A stretch of DNA of 64,000 nt from NCBI GenBank assembly GCA_026417175.1, contig JAOADT010000011.1, positions 2,214 through 66,213 of the forward strand. Direction: 5' to 3'. The notes under the pieces are model-generated. The model was not told the DNA's origin, ran no database searches, and saw nothing but the letters and a program-made list of their open reading frames with translations. The stretch comes from Deltaproteobacteria bacterium. Lineage in GTDB: Bacteria > Desulfobacterota > Syntrophorhabdia > Syntrophorhabdales > JANXAF01. The translations under genes were made by a program, and so were the position numbers. Below, piece after piece: positions 32,985-40,830 of this stretch (position 1 is its first letter; each line of letters begins with the position of its first letter).

Positions 32985-33625
32985 TTCATATACCTTTCTA
33001 ATATGGGTATGAGGTCTTTTAGGGTATCACTAAAAATATAGTGCTTTAAAAAAGGTATCGTAGCTTCGTCTGGATTGAATCCGATAGGCAATCCCACACT
33101 CTGAAACATACTAATATCCCCGATGCCATCACCTATGGCTATAGCTTTTTCAGCTTCTATTCCCAGTTCATTTAATATTCTTTTTACGACAGCATCCTTT
33201 TTATTCTGTTCTACATTTATCCTTATCTCGCCAGTTAAAAAGCCAGAGAGGGCCAAAAGCTCATTAGATTCAGCAAAGTCGATACATAACAAGTCCTTTA
33301 CCCGATTGACAAGAAAGGAAAGGCCGGTAGATATTATACCGGTAGTCAAACCCCATTGTTTAAATGCATTGACCATTTCTTTAGCACCAGGAGTCAACGG
33401 GATCTCACTTATTATCTTTAAAACCTTTTCCAATGGCAGTCCCTTCCATAATTGAGCATCTCTTTTGCAAAACTCATAATAATCAATCTTTCCTTTAAAA
33501 AACAGGCTTTGAAAATGTTCTGCCAGATCGTTCCACAGATTGAGCCGTCTGTGAATGTATTCCCAGCTACTTTTTATTGGTGTAAGTGTCCCGTCACAGT
33601 CCAAAAAGACTATCTTCATGGACAC
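32981..33625 (-). CDS. HAD-IB family phosphatase (phosphoserine phosphatase-like)
   Basis: DCDGTL motif I, ISTG motif II, K, AIGDGIGD motif IV. Confidence 0.85.
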   Translation of the reverse strand: MSMKIVFLDCDGTLTPIKSSWEYIHRRLNLWNDLAEHFQSLFFKGKIDYYEFCKRDAQLWKGLPLEKVLKIISEIPLTPGAKEMVNAFKQWGLTTGIISTGLSFLVNRVKDLLCIDFAESNELLALSGFLTGEIRINVEQNKKDAVVKRILNELGIEAEKAIAIGDGIGDISMFQSVGLPIGFNPDEATIPFLKHYIFSDTLKDLIPILERYMK

Positions 33626-33631
33626 TTGGAA

Positions 33632-33669
33632 TTTATATCATTGAAAAGACAAAAAATCTACCGTAGAAT
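33632..33669. promoter_or_regulatory. Compact divergent promoter region
   Basis: Plus strand: TTGAAA (33641-33646)-17-TAGAAT (33664-33669), 7 nt before ATG 33677. Minus strand: TGaTATAAA (33640-33632), 6 nt before GTG 33625. Confidence 0.6.
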
Positions 33670-33676
33670 CTTTGAG

Positions 33677-34240
33677 ATGAGCACGGACTGGGAAAGAAAA
33701 TATAGGGAAGGTTTTTATCCTTCGTCAATTGAACCTCATTGGCTTATGCAAAGATTCTGGACTGAAATAAAATTTGGACCCGTGTTAGAAGTTGCTATTG
33801 GCGTTGGAAGGGATTCTCTATTTCTGGCGGAGAGAGGTTACCAAACAATTGGCATTGATATTTCAAAAGAAGCTTTAAAAATGGCAAAAGAAAAGTTTCT
33901 GGAAAAGCACATTAGAAATTTCTTACTCATAAATGGAGATGCATTTCACCTCCCTTTTAGAGAAGAATCATTCGGATGTATAGTTGTCTTTTACTTTCTT
34001 ATAAGGGAAAAAATAGATGAATTGAAGAGACTATTGAAACCGAAAGGACTCATCATTTACGAAACATTTTTAAAAAGGCAGAATTTGGTTGACAGATGGC
34101 GTAACCCAGAATATCTATTAGACGATGGAGAGTTGCTTCGTATGTTTATTGACTTTCAATGTGTTTTTTACGAAGAAGGCTTGCTTAAGATAGGGGGTAA
34201 GCAGAAGGCAATTGCGAGATTCGTGGGTAGAAAAGTATGA
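33677..34240 (+). CDS. Class I SAM-dependent methyltransferase (TehB-like)
   Basis: WERKY, VLEVAIGVGRDSLFLA, GIDIS, LKPKGLIIYETF, YLL..GEL; start moved to ATG 33677 because the upstream extension overlaps the HAD gene. Confidence 0.8.
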   Translation: MSTDWERKYREGFYPSSIEPHWLMQRFWTEIKFGPVLEVAIGVGRDSLFLAERGYQTIGIDISKEALKMAKEKFLEKHIRNFLLINGDAFHLPFREESFGCIVVFYFLIREKIDELKRLLKPKGLIIYETFLKRQNLVDRWRNPEYLLDDGELLRMFIDFQCVFYEEGLLKIGGKQKAIARFVGRKV

Positions 34241-34848
34241 TCTTAGAATGGGATCCTGAAAGACCGAAGAAGGCCACAACAGAGAAAATAAGGGATATTC
34301 TCCTTTCGGGAGGGGTTATTGCTTATCCTACGGACACTTTTTATGGTCTTGGGTGTGATTTTTACAACGTGAAGGCCATAAAAAAACTATACTACATAAA
34401 AAAGATGGATGAAAAAAAAGCAATGAGTCTTATTTGTCGCTCTTTCAAGGAGATAAGCATATATGCCGTAATGAGTGATTATGCTTTCAAGATAATGAAA
34501 TCAATCTTACCAGGTCCGTACACAATCGTTTTGAAGGCAAAAAAACTAGTTCCAAAAATCATGATGACTCCCAGAAAAGAAATTGGAATAAGAATGCCAG
34601 CTAACAAAGTACCTATTGGACTGGCAACGCTTATAGACAGACCTATAATCAATACAAGTGCAAAAATATCTGGAGATGAAGCGCTATCTGAACCGAAGGA
34701 GATCGAAAAAAAATTTAAGGGTCATATTGATCTAGTAATAGATGGTGGAGTTTTACGGAGTGATCCATCCACGGTTATAAGACTCATAGAAGACAAAGTG
34801 GAGATTTTAAGAAAAGGAAAAGGGCCTACAGATTTTCTTCCTCTTTAA
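34237..34848 (+). CDS. Sua5/YciO/YrdC (TsaC-like) family protein
   Basis: GGVIAYPTDTFYGLGC, LPGPYT, IGIRMP, NTSAK, PSTVI..RKGKG. Confidence 0.88.
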   Translation: MILEWDPERPKKATTEKIRDILLSGGVIAYPTDTFYGLGCDFYNVKAIKKLYYIKKMDEKKAMSLICRSFKEISIYAVMSDYAFKIMKSILPGPYTIVLKAKKLVPKIMMTPRKEIGIRMPANKVPIGLATLIDRPIINTSAKISGDEALSEPKEIEKKFKGHIDLVIDGGVLRSDPSTVIRLIEDKVEILRKGKGPTDFLPL

Positions 34849-35179
34849 GGTCAGAAGAACTTTCTGCCTCGGAAAGTGCCTCCTCAACAGAACCTTCAAA
34901 ATCTTCCCCAATCTCATCACCAAGCTCTTTTCCCATTCTTCTCATAAACCTTTCAATACTTCTCGGATCCTTCTCATCAAGATCTGAAAACTTTGAAGGA
35001 TCTAAAAGACTTTCCATTCTCTTCTCTTCGCTTTTCAATATGGCAACTCTAGAAATCAATTTCTCCACCTGTTTGTTGCCACAAAATTTACAATATGGCT
35101 CTATAACCTCACTCACTCTTAAAGAGATAAAGCTTGACGTTTTGTTACATAAGTTACATTTGTACTCGTATATGGGCAT
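34826..35179 (-). CDS. FmdB-family zinc-ribbon protein with acidic C-terminus
   Basis: MPIYEYKCNLC...CKFCG...KLISR; start at 35179 is 8 nt after GGAGG. Confidence 0.85.
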   Translation of the reverse strand: MPIYEYKCNLCNKTSSFISLRVSEVIEPYCKFCGNKQVEKLISRVAILKSEEKRMESLLDPSKFSDLDEKDPRSIERFMRRMGKELGDEIGEDFEGSVEEALSEAESSSDLKEEENL

Positions 35180-35187
35180 TTCCATAT

Positions 35188-35206
35188 CCTCCGATTTTAT
35201 CGGAAG
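35188..35206 (-). promoter_or_regulatory. Hairpin CUUCCGAU-AAA-AUCGGAGG sequestering the SD of the zinc-ribbon gene
   Basis: 8-bp stem (one G-U pair) whose 3' arm contains the whole GGAGG. Confidence 0.5.
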
Positions 35207-35241
35207 CGGCCTAAAATATTCGATTTAGGCCGTGCTATAAT
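35207..35241. promoter_or_regulatory. Perfect 9-bp inverted repeat CGGCCTAAA-N8-TTTAGGCCG abutting the extended -10 (TGcTATAAT) of the MFS gene
   Basis: Arms at 35207-35215 and 35224-35232; TG at 35233-35234; TATAAT at 35236-35241; ATG at 35251. Confidence 0.55.
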
Positions 35242-35250
35242 TAAGTTACC

Positions 35251-36627
35251 ATGAAAAAAACATCTTCTTCAAATTACAATGTGCTCATTTCAGCCACTCT
35301 TTCCTCCTTTCTCATACCCCTTTCTTTATCTGCGGTAAACGTGGCTCTTCCTAAAATGGGGAAGGAACTCATAATGACTTCATCAGAATTAAGCTGGACA
35401 GCAAATTCTTACCTCTTAACATCAGCTACTTTTCTTCTACCATTTGGCAATATGGCAGATATATTTGGAAGAAAAAGAGTCTTTCTTTTCGGGATGCTCT
35501 TATTTACTACGATTTCCCTATTTCTTAGTCTATCGGATTCATCGACGAGTATAATTATTTTTCGAGCACTCCAAGGAATAGGAGGCGCAATGGTATTTGG
35601 TACTGCGGTAGCGCTACTAGCATCTGTATATGAAGAAAACAGAGGGAAAGTGCTGGGTATAAATGCAGCCTCCATTTATCTTGGTCTTTCTTTAGGACCG
35701 TTAGTTGGGGGAATCATCACCGAAAATTTTGGTTGGAGATATGTTTTTGCAATTAAAGTGCCTATAGGGATTATAGTCCTTCTGTTTACTTTATTTTCTG
35801 TAAAAGAGGAGTGGTATGGAAAGAAAGATGAACAGTTTGATTTTGCAGGGGCTACCTTATATAGTCTCGCCCTTTTTCTTTCGATGTTAGGTCTTTCCAG
35901 AATTCCGAGAATAGAAGGTTTTCTACTAATTTCTGGCGGTATGGTCTTGTTTTTTGTGTTTGGATATAGGAAGCGAATAGGAAAATATCAGTTTTTTCCC
36001 ACCGAGATGATTACGAAAAATAAGACGTTTTTATATTCGAGTTTGGCTGCTCTTATTCATTACGGGTCAACGTATGGACTTTCTTTTCTATTAAGCCTTT
36101 TTTTTCAACACATAAAGGCGTTTTCTGCAGATAAGACAGGTTTAATTCTTATATTTCAATCTGTGGTACAATCCATTCTTTCACCTTTTGCGGGAAAACT
36201 CTCAGACAAGATAGAACCCAGGGTTATCTCTTCTTTAGGCATGGGGTTAACGGCAATCGGAATCTTTTTTCTTTCATTGTGCGGACCTAGTACGCCCGTC
36301 ATATGGATTTTACTCTATCTAGCTTTTGTTGGGATTGGTTTTGCATTTTTTATTTCACCGAACACCAACGCTATCATTTCCTCCGTGGACAAGAGACGTT
36401 ATGGTGTTGCTTCTTCTGTGGTGGCCACCACGAGACTTGTAGGACAGTCCATAAGTATGAGTCTTATTATGATCGTTTTTTCTATAAAAATTGGCGAAAG
36501 ACCCATAGATCAAGTTGTTTATTTGCAGTTTATGCAATCTTACAAGGCCATACTTGTTGCTTACTTTCTTATGTGTGTATTAGGCATTTATATCTCTATT
36601 AAACGAGGAAGACTCAGAACTCTTTGA
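35251..36627 (+). CDS. MFS transporter, DHA2/EmrB-like
   Basis: VNVALP, ADIFGRKRVF, FRALQGIGGA, LGPLVGG, FAGKLSDK, SPNTNAI; many TM segments. Confidence 0.9.
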   Translation: MKKTSSSNYNVLISATLSSFLIPLSLSAVNVALPKMGKELIMTSSELSWTANSYLLTSATFLLPFGNMADIFGRKRVFLFGMLLFTTISLFLSLSDSSTSIIIFRALQGIGGAMVFGTAVALLASVYEENRGKVLGINAASIYLGLSLGPLVGGIITENFGWRYVFAIKVPIGIIVLLFTLFSVKEEWYGKKDEQFDFAGATLYSLALFLSMLGLSRIPRIEGFLLISGGMVLFFVFGYRKRIGKYQFFPTEMITKNKTFLYSSLAALIHYGSTYGLSFLLSLFFQHIKAFSADKTGLILIFQSVVQSILSPFAGKLSDKIEPRVISSLGMGLTAIGIFFLSLCGPSTPVIWILLYLAFVGIGFAFFISPNTNAIISSVDKRRYGVASSVVATTRLVGQSISMSLIMIVFSIKIGERPIDQVVYLQFMQSYKAILVAYFLMCVLGIYISIKRGRLRTL

Positions 36628-36652
36628 CATTTAGTCCAGTCCATAATATAAT
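36624..36652 (+). promoter_or_regulatory. Perfect sigma70 consensus promoter TTGACA-17-TATAAT for the MoxR-VWA pair
   Basis: TTGACA at 36624-36629 (overlapping the MFS stop), TATAAT at 36647-36652. Confidence 0.75.
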
Positions 36653-36689
36653 CTTAGTGATTTTTTTCACGTTATTAGCGGAGGATTTT

Positions 36690-37541
36690 ATGGCCAATGA
36701 ATACCGAGGAAGTAGTAAATACATAGCGTCTAGAGAATTAATGGAGATTGTTAATGTGGCTATAGCTTTAGGCAAACCTTTGCTTATCAAAGGTGAACCA
36801 GGAACAGGAAAAACTCTTCTCGCTCACAGTATTGCTGAGGCTTTAAACAAAAGATTAATAGTTTGGAACATTAAGTCCACTACAAAGGCCAAAGATGGTT
36901 TATACGTATATGATACTGTACAGAGGCTCAATGATGCACGTTTTGGAGACAAAGACATCTCGGACATAAGGCAGTACATCAAGTTGGGGAAACTCGGTCA
37001 AGCATTTCTTTCGGAAGAACAGGTTGTACTTTTGATCGACGAGATCGATAAGGCAGATATAGAGTTTCCAAATGATTTACTCCACGAGCTTGATGAAATG
37101 TCCTTCTATATTCCAGAATTGAATGAGGAAATAAAAGCCAAACATCGACCAATAGTAGTTATCACCAGCAATGCGGAAAAAGAGTTACCTGATGCGTTTT
37201 TAAGAAGGTGTATCTTCCATTACATAGAGTTTCCGAGTCCTGAAATGATGGAAGAGATAGTAAAGGTTCACTTTCCCGATATTGAGGAGAGGCTAATAAG
37301 GGAGGCTATTAAAAAATTTTACTGGATAAGAGAAGTAGATGGTTTAAAAAAGAAGCCTTCTACAAGTGAACTCCTCGATTGGATTAAGGCTCTGAGCATA
37401 GGAGGCATCGATCCTGAGAAAATAAGTAAAGGGATACCTTTCCTTGGGACCCTCCTCAAAAATGAACAGGACACGCAAAGGCTTGAGCGCTTCATTATGA
37501 ATCAACAGGGATCATATGGTATGAGAAGAAGGTTTATATAG
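36690..37541 (+). CDS. MoxR-family AAA+ ATPase (PA2707-like subfamily)
   Basis: LLIKGEPGTGKT, WNIKSTTKA, LIDEIDKADIEFPNDLL, ITSNAEKELPDAFLRRC, KKPSTSELLDW; ATG 36690 after GGAGG. Confidence 0.9.
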   Translation: MANEYRGSSKYIASRELMEIVNVAIALGKPLLIKGEPGTGKTLLAHSIAEALNKRLIVWNIKSTTKAKDGLYVYDTVQRLNDARFGDKDISDIRQYIKLGKLGQAFLSEEQVVLLIDEIDKADIEFPNDLLHELDEMSFYIPELNEEIKAKHRPIVVITSNAEKELPDAFLRRCIFHYIEFPSPEMMEEIVKVHFPDIEERLIREAIKKFYWIREVDGLKKKPSTSELLDWIKALSIGGIDPEKISKGIPFLGTLLKNEQDTQRLERFIMNQQGSYGMRRRFI

Positions 37542-38753
37542 ATGTTTACGGGTTTCTTTTTTAAGCTTCGCGAAAAGGGAGTACCAGTAACAATTACCGA
37601 GTGGCTATCCTTTGTTGAAGCGCTGTACAGAGGATTGTTTAAATCGAGCCTGAATCATCTCTATTACGTTGGAAGGGCTTTCCTTGTGAAAAGTGAGGCT
37701 TACTATGATATGTTTGATTTGGCATTCCAAGAGTACTTTGGTGGAGTAAAAACAGAAGATATAGAATTGGAAAAAGTCCTTAAATGGCTTGATGACCCGC
37801 GAAACAAGCTACCGGCTCTCAGCCCGGAAGAGATTGAAGAATTTAGAAGAAAAATGGAGGAGCTTCAGAAAAGTGTAAACATGGAAGAACTTTTGAGACA
37901 GTTTAGGGAAAGGCTCGCGGAGCAGAAAGAAAGGCACGATGGGGGCAACAAATGGATTGGTACCGGTGGAAGATCCCCATTCGGTGCTTTTGGTTATCAT
38001 CCGGGGGGGATAAGGGTTGGAGGAGAGTCTTGGATGCAGTCTGCGGTCAAGGTGGCAGGGGAGAGGAAGTATAGAAACTATAGGAATGACCTCATCCTGG
38101 ATGTGAGACAAATAAAGTTAGCTTTGAAGAGATTAAGAGAATTAAAAAGAGAAGGGGCTGAAGAATTAGATTTGGAAGGGACGGTCGACAAAACAGCTAA
38201 AGAAGGTGGAGAAATTGAACTTGTCTACACACGTTCCAGGGAGAACTCCATAAGATTGATCCTTATCATGGATGCAGGCGGCTCAATGCTTCCCTATACC
38301 GAGCTGTGCGAGCGACTTTTTTCTGCGGCTTCGCAGATGGAGCATTTCAAAGAATTCAGACATTACTACTTCCACAACTGTATATATCAAGATGTTTTTG
38401 AAGATATAGCAAATTACAAACGAGTGCCCACGGAAAAACTCTTTATTAATTTTCACGGAGGATATAAAGTTATTATTGTAGGTGATGCAAGAATGGCTTA
38501 CTCAGAGCTTTTTGACATAAATGGGTGTATAGATTACTTTTACACAAATGATAAACCAGGTATTGAGTGGCTTAAAAGGATAAGGGAACACTTTCCTTAC
38601 TCAGTGTGGTTAAATCCGACACCTAAGACCTTCTGGAACCACGTAACAGTAAATGCCATAAGGCAAATATTTCCCATGTTCGAGCTTACACTTGATGGGT
38701 TAAAAGAGGCTGTCTCCGCTCTTACTTCTAAATCTAAGCAGATAGCAAATTAG
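37542..38753 (+). CDS. VWA-domain partner of MoxR (CoxE-like/COG3825-type)
   Basis: HDGGNKWIGTGGRSPFG, MIDAS-like DAGGSM, YFHNC.Y, VGDA, WLNP. Confidence 0.87.
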   Translation: MFTGFFFKLREKGVPVTITEWLSFVEALYRGLFKSSLNHLYYVGRAFLVKSEAYYDMFDLAFQEYFGGVKTEDIELEKVLKWLDDPRNKLPALSPEEIEEFRRKMEELQKSVNMEELLRQFRERLAEQKERHDGGNKWIGTGGRSPFGAFGYHPGGIRVGGESWMQSAVKVAGERKYRNYRNDLILDVRQIKLALKRLRELKREGAEELDLEGTVDKTAKEGGEIELVYTRSRENSIRLILIMDAGGSMLPYTELCERLFSAASQMEHFKEFRHYYFHNCIYQDVFEDIANYKRVPTEKLFINFHGGYKVIIVGDARMAYSELFDINGCIDYFYTNDKPGIEWLKRIREHFPYSVWLNPTPKTFWNHVTVNAIRQIFPMFELTLDGLKEAVSALTSKSKQIAN

Positions 38754-39811
38754 AGGAGTCTAAAGAGCTCTTCTTTTAGGATATCCTTTGCCATTTCTTT
38801 AGGAACGTTCTTTTTTTTAATGATGCCCCGAGAAAATATTATGGCGCTTTTGGCTCCAAAAGCAACACCTATATCCGCGTCTTTTGCCTCACCTGGACCG
38901 TTAACTTCACATCCCATAATGGCCACTTTCACGTACTTTTCTATATGGATCGTCTCTCTTTCAAACTCATCTACGATTTCCTTTAAATTAGTTTTACATC
39001 TCCCACATGTGGGACATGATATGATGCTTATACCGCGTTTTCTCAATCCCAAGTTAGATAAAATATGATACGCCGCGATGACTTCGTACACAGGATCCGA
39101 AGTTAGAGAAACCCTTATTGTGTCGCCTATTCCTTCGTGAAGGAGTATACCAAGCCCAACCGCTGATTTTATTGCTCCTGAAAATAGTGGGCCCGCCTCC
39201 GTAATACCAATGTGTAGCGGGTAATCGCTCACCACTGAGAATTTTCTATAGGCATTGACCGTCTCTATTACATCAGAACCTTTCAAGGAGACTTTGAGCT
39301 CTGTCCATCCCACATCCTCGAATAACTTTATATAATATAAAGCACTTTCCACCATTGCGTCAGATGTGCTTTTCCCGTATTTTCTTAAAATCCTTTTTTC
39401 AATTGAACCCGAGTTTATCCCGATCCTGACTGGAGTTTTTGTCTGTTGGGCCTGCCGTGCCACATCCTTCACTTTCCGCACGTTGTTAATTGTTCCTGGG
39501 TTTATCCTGATACCATCTACTCCTATCTCCATTGCCTTAAGTGCGATCCGTGTGTTAAAGTGGATGTCGGCTACAATGGGGATATCAACTTCTTTTTTTA
39601 GAAACGGTATAATGTTGCAACTTTCTTCCGTAGGGAGAGCAATTCTAACAATTTCGCATCCCGCTCTCTTTAATTCTCTGAGCTGTATCAGACTTCCTTC
39701 TAGGTTTTCAGGACTTACCTTCAGCATAGATTGAACGACAATAGGGTTGCCACCTCCTATGGGCACACGACCTATTTTAATAACTTTTGTCTTCCTTCTG
39801 TCGATAACCAT
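38750..39811 (-). CDS. ispG: (E)-4-hydroxy-3-methylbut-2-enyl-diphosphate synthase
   Basis: VQSM, VADIHF, RINPG, RIGINSGS, HIGITEAG, GDTIRVSL, SCPTCGR, MGCEVNGPGEA. Confidence 0.96.
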   Translation of the reverse strand: MVIDRRKTKVIKIGRVPIGGGNPIVVQSMLKVSPENLEGSLIQLRELKRAGCEIVRIALPTEESCNIIPFLKKEVDIPIVADIHFNTRIALKAMEIGVDGIRINPGTINNVRKVKDVARQAQQTKTPVRIGINSGSIEKRILRKYGKSTSDAMVESALYYIKLFEDVGWTELKVSLKGSDVIETVNAYRKFSVVSDYPLHIGITEAGPLFSGAIKSAVGLGILLHEGIGDTIRVSLTSDPVYEVIAAYHILSNLGLRKRGISIISCPTCGRCKTNLKEIVDEFERETIHIEKYVKVAIMGCEVNGPGEAKDADIGVAFGAKSAIIFSRGIIKKKNVPKEMAKDILKEELFRLL

Positions 39812-39830
39812 ACATTAAAAGGTATTAATG

Positions 39831-39859
39831 ATTGTATTTTTCAGACCCGGCTTTGTCAA
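39831..39859 (-). promoter_or_regulatory. Sigma70 promoter for ispG (TTGACA-17-TACAAT), implying a very short SD-less leader
   Basis: Plus-strand tgtcaa at 39854-39859 and attgta at 39831-39836; ATG at 39811. Confidence 0.65.
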
Positions 39860-40134
39860 CTTGAAATTCGATTATTGACGGAGTCTGGAAATTAGGATAT
39901 TTTTAAACGAGAAGAATTATATAGAAAATCAACGGTATAGAGCCATGATTACGTGGGACAATAAATATGGAGATAAATGATAAACGTTCAAGTTGGGATC
40001 ATTATAAAATTGTTTGGTTACTTGCTGACATGGGAAAGAAACTTGAGATTCCTTATGGAGAAAAATCATTTTTTAAAAGCATGTTCAAAAGTAGATAAGA
40101 AAATGAGTTCACGTGATTGCTAATGGAGTTTCAA

Positions 40135-40830
40135 ATGGTTGGGATAATCGGTGGGTCTTCGCTTTTTAACTCCATTGTTTTTGAACAATGGATGAAGGAA
40201 ATTGTTGAGACCCCCTACGGAGAGGTTGTTATAAAAAAATCTGGCAACGTAGTGTTCTTGCAGAGACATGGACCTAGATTTCTTCCACCTCATAAGATAA
40301 ACCACAAAGCAAACATATGGGCTTTAAAAGAGAAAGGTATAAAAAAGGTGATTGCTATAAACTCAACTGGGAGTCTAAAAAGAACTATAAAGCCTGGTAC
40401 ATTTGTCATCCCGAACGACTTTTTCTGTCCCTGGGTGATTCCTACATTTTTTGAAAATGAATGTAAATTTTCAATTCCAGTTTTGGATAAAAGCATAATT
40501 GAACTATTGTATGAGTTGACAAAAGAGTTAAACATAGCGGTAAAAAAAGGAGGTATCTACGTTCAGACTGTGGGACCCAGATTTGAGACAGTTGCTGAGA
40601 TCAATTTTTTAAAAAAAATAGGTGACATTGTAGGTATGACGCTTGCTTCTGAAGCTACTCTATGTATTGAGTTGGGAATACCGTACGCAAGTCTCTGTTC
40701 TGTGGACAATTACTGTCATGGGATAAGCGATAAACCTCTTACGGTAAATGATGTTGAATACTTTCAAAAGACTAACCTATCTAAAATTGAACGGTTTATC
40801 GAAATTCTAATAAAAAGGGTGGAAGCATGA
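40135..40830 (+). CDS. MTAP-family purine nucleoside phosphorylase, probably S-methyl-5'-thioinosine phosphorylase
   Basis: GIIGGS, TPYG, RHG...PPHKINHKANI, GPRFET.AEI, VGMT..SEA, VDNY (Asn rather than DYD); ATG 40135 after GGAG. Confidence 0.8.
   Translation: MVGIIGGSSLFNSIVFEQWMKEIVETPYGEVVIKKSGNVVFLQRHGPRFLPPHKINHKANIWALKEKGIKKVIAINSTGSLKRTIKPGTFVIPNDFFCPWVIPTFFENECKFSIPVLDKSIIELLYELTKELNIAVKKGGIYVQTVGPRFETVAEINFLKKIGDIVGMTLASEATLCIELGIPYASLCSVDNYCHGISDKPLTVNDVEYFQKTNLSKIERFIEILIKRVEA

Noticed and set aside
33452-33676. N-terminal extension of the methyltransferase ORF given in the track
   Set aside because: It overlaps the HAD gene on the other strand; the promoter and family-like N-terminus point to ATG 33677. 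Extensions at 2510, 2796, 11566, 36624, 40117 and 59734 were trimmed for similar reasons.
39945-39980. Mini-ORF MITWDNKYGDK* resembling a hemerythrin N-terminus
   Set aside because: Only 11 codons, with no convincing continuation carrying the His/Glu ligand pattern; probably chance.
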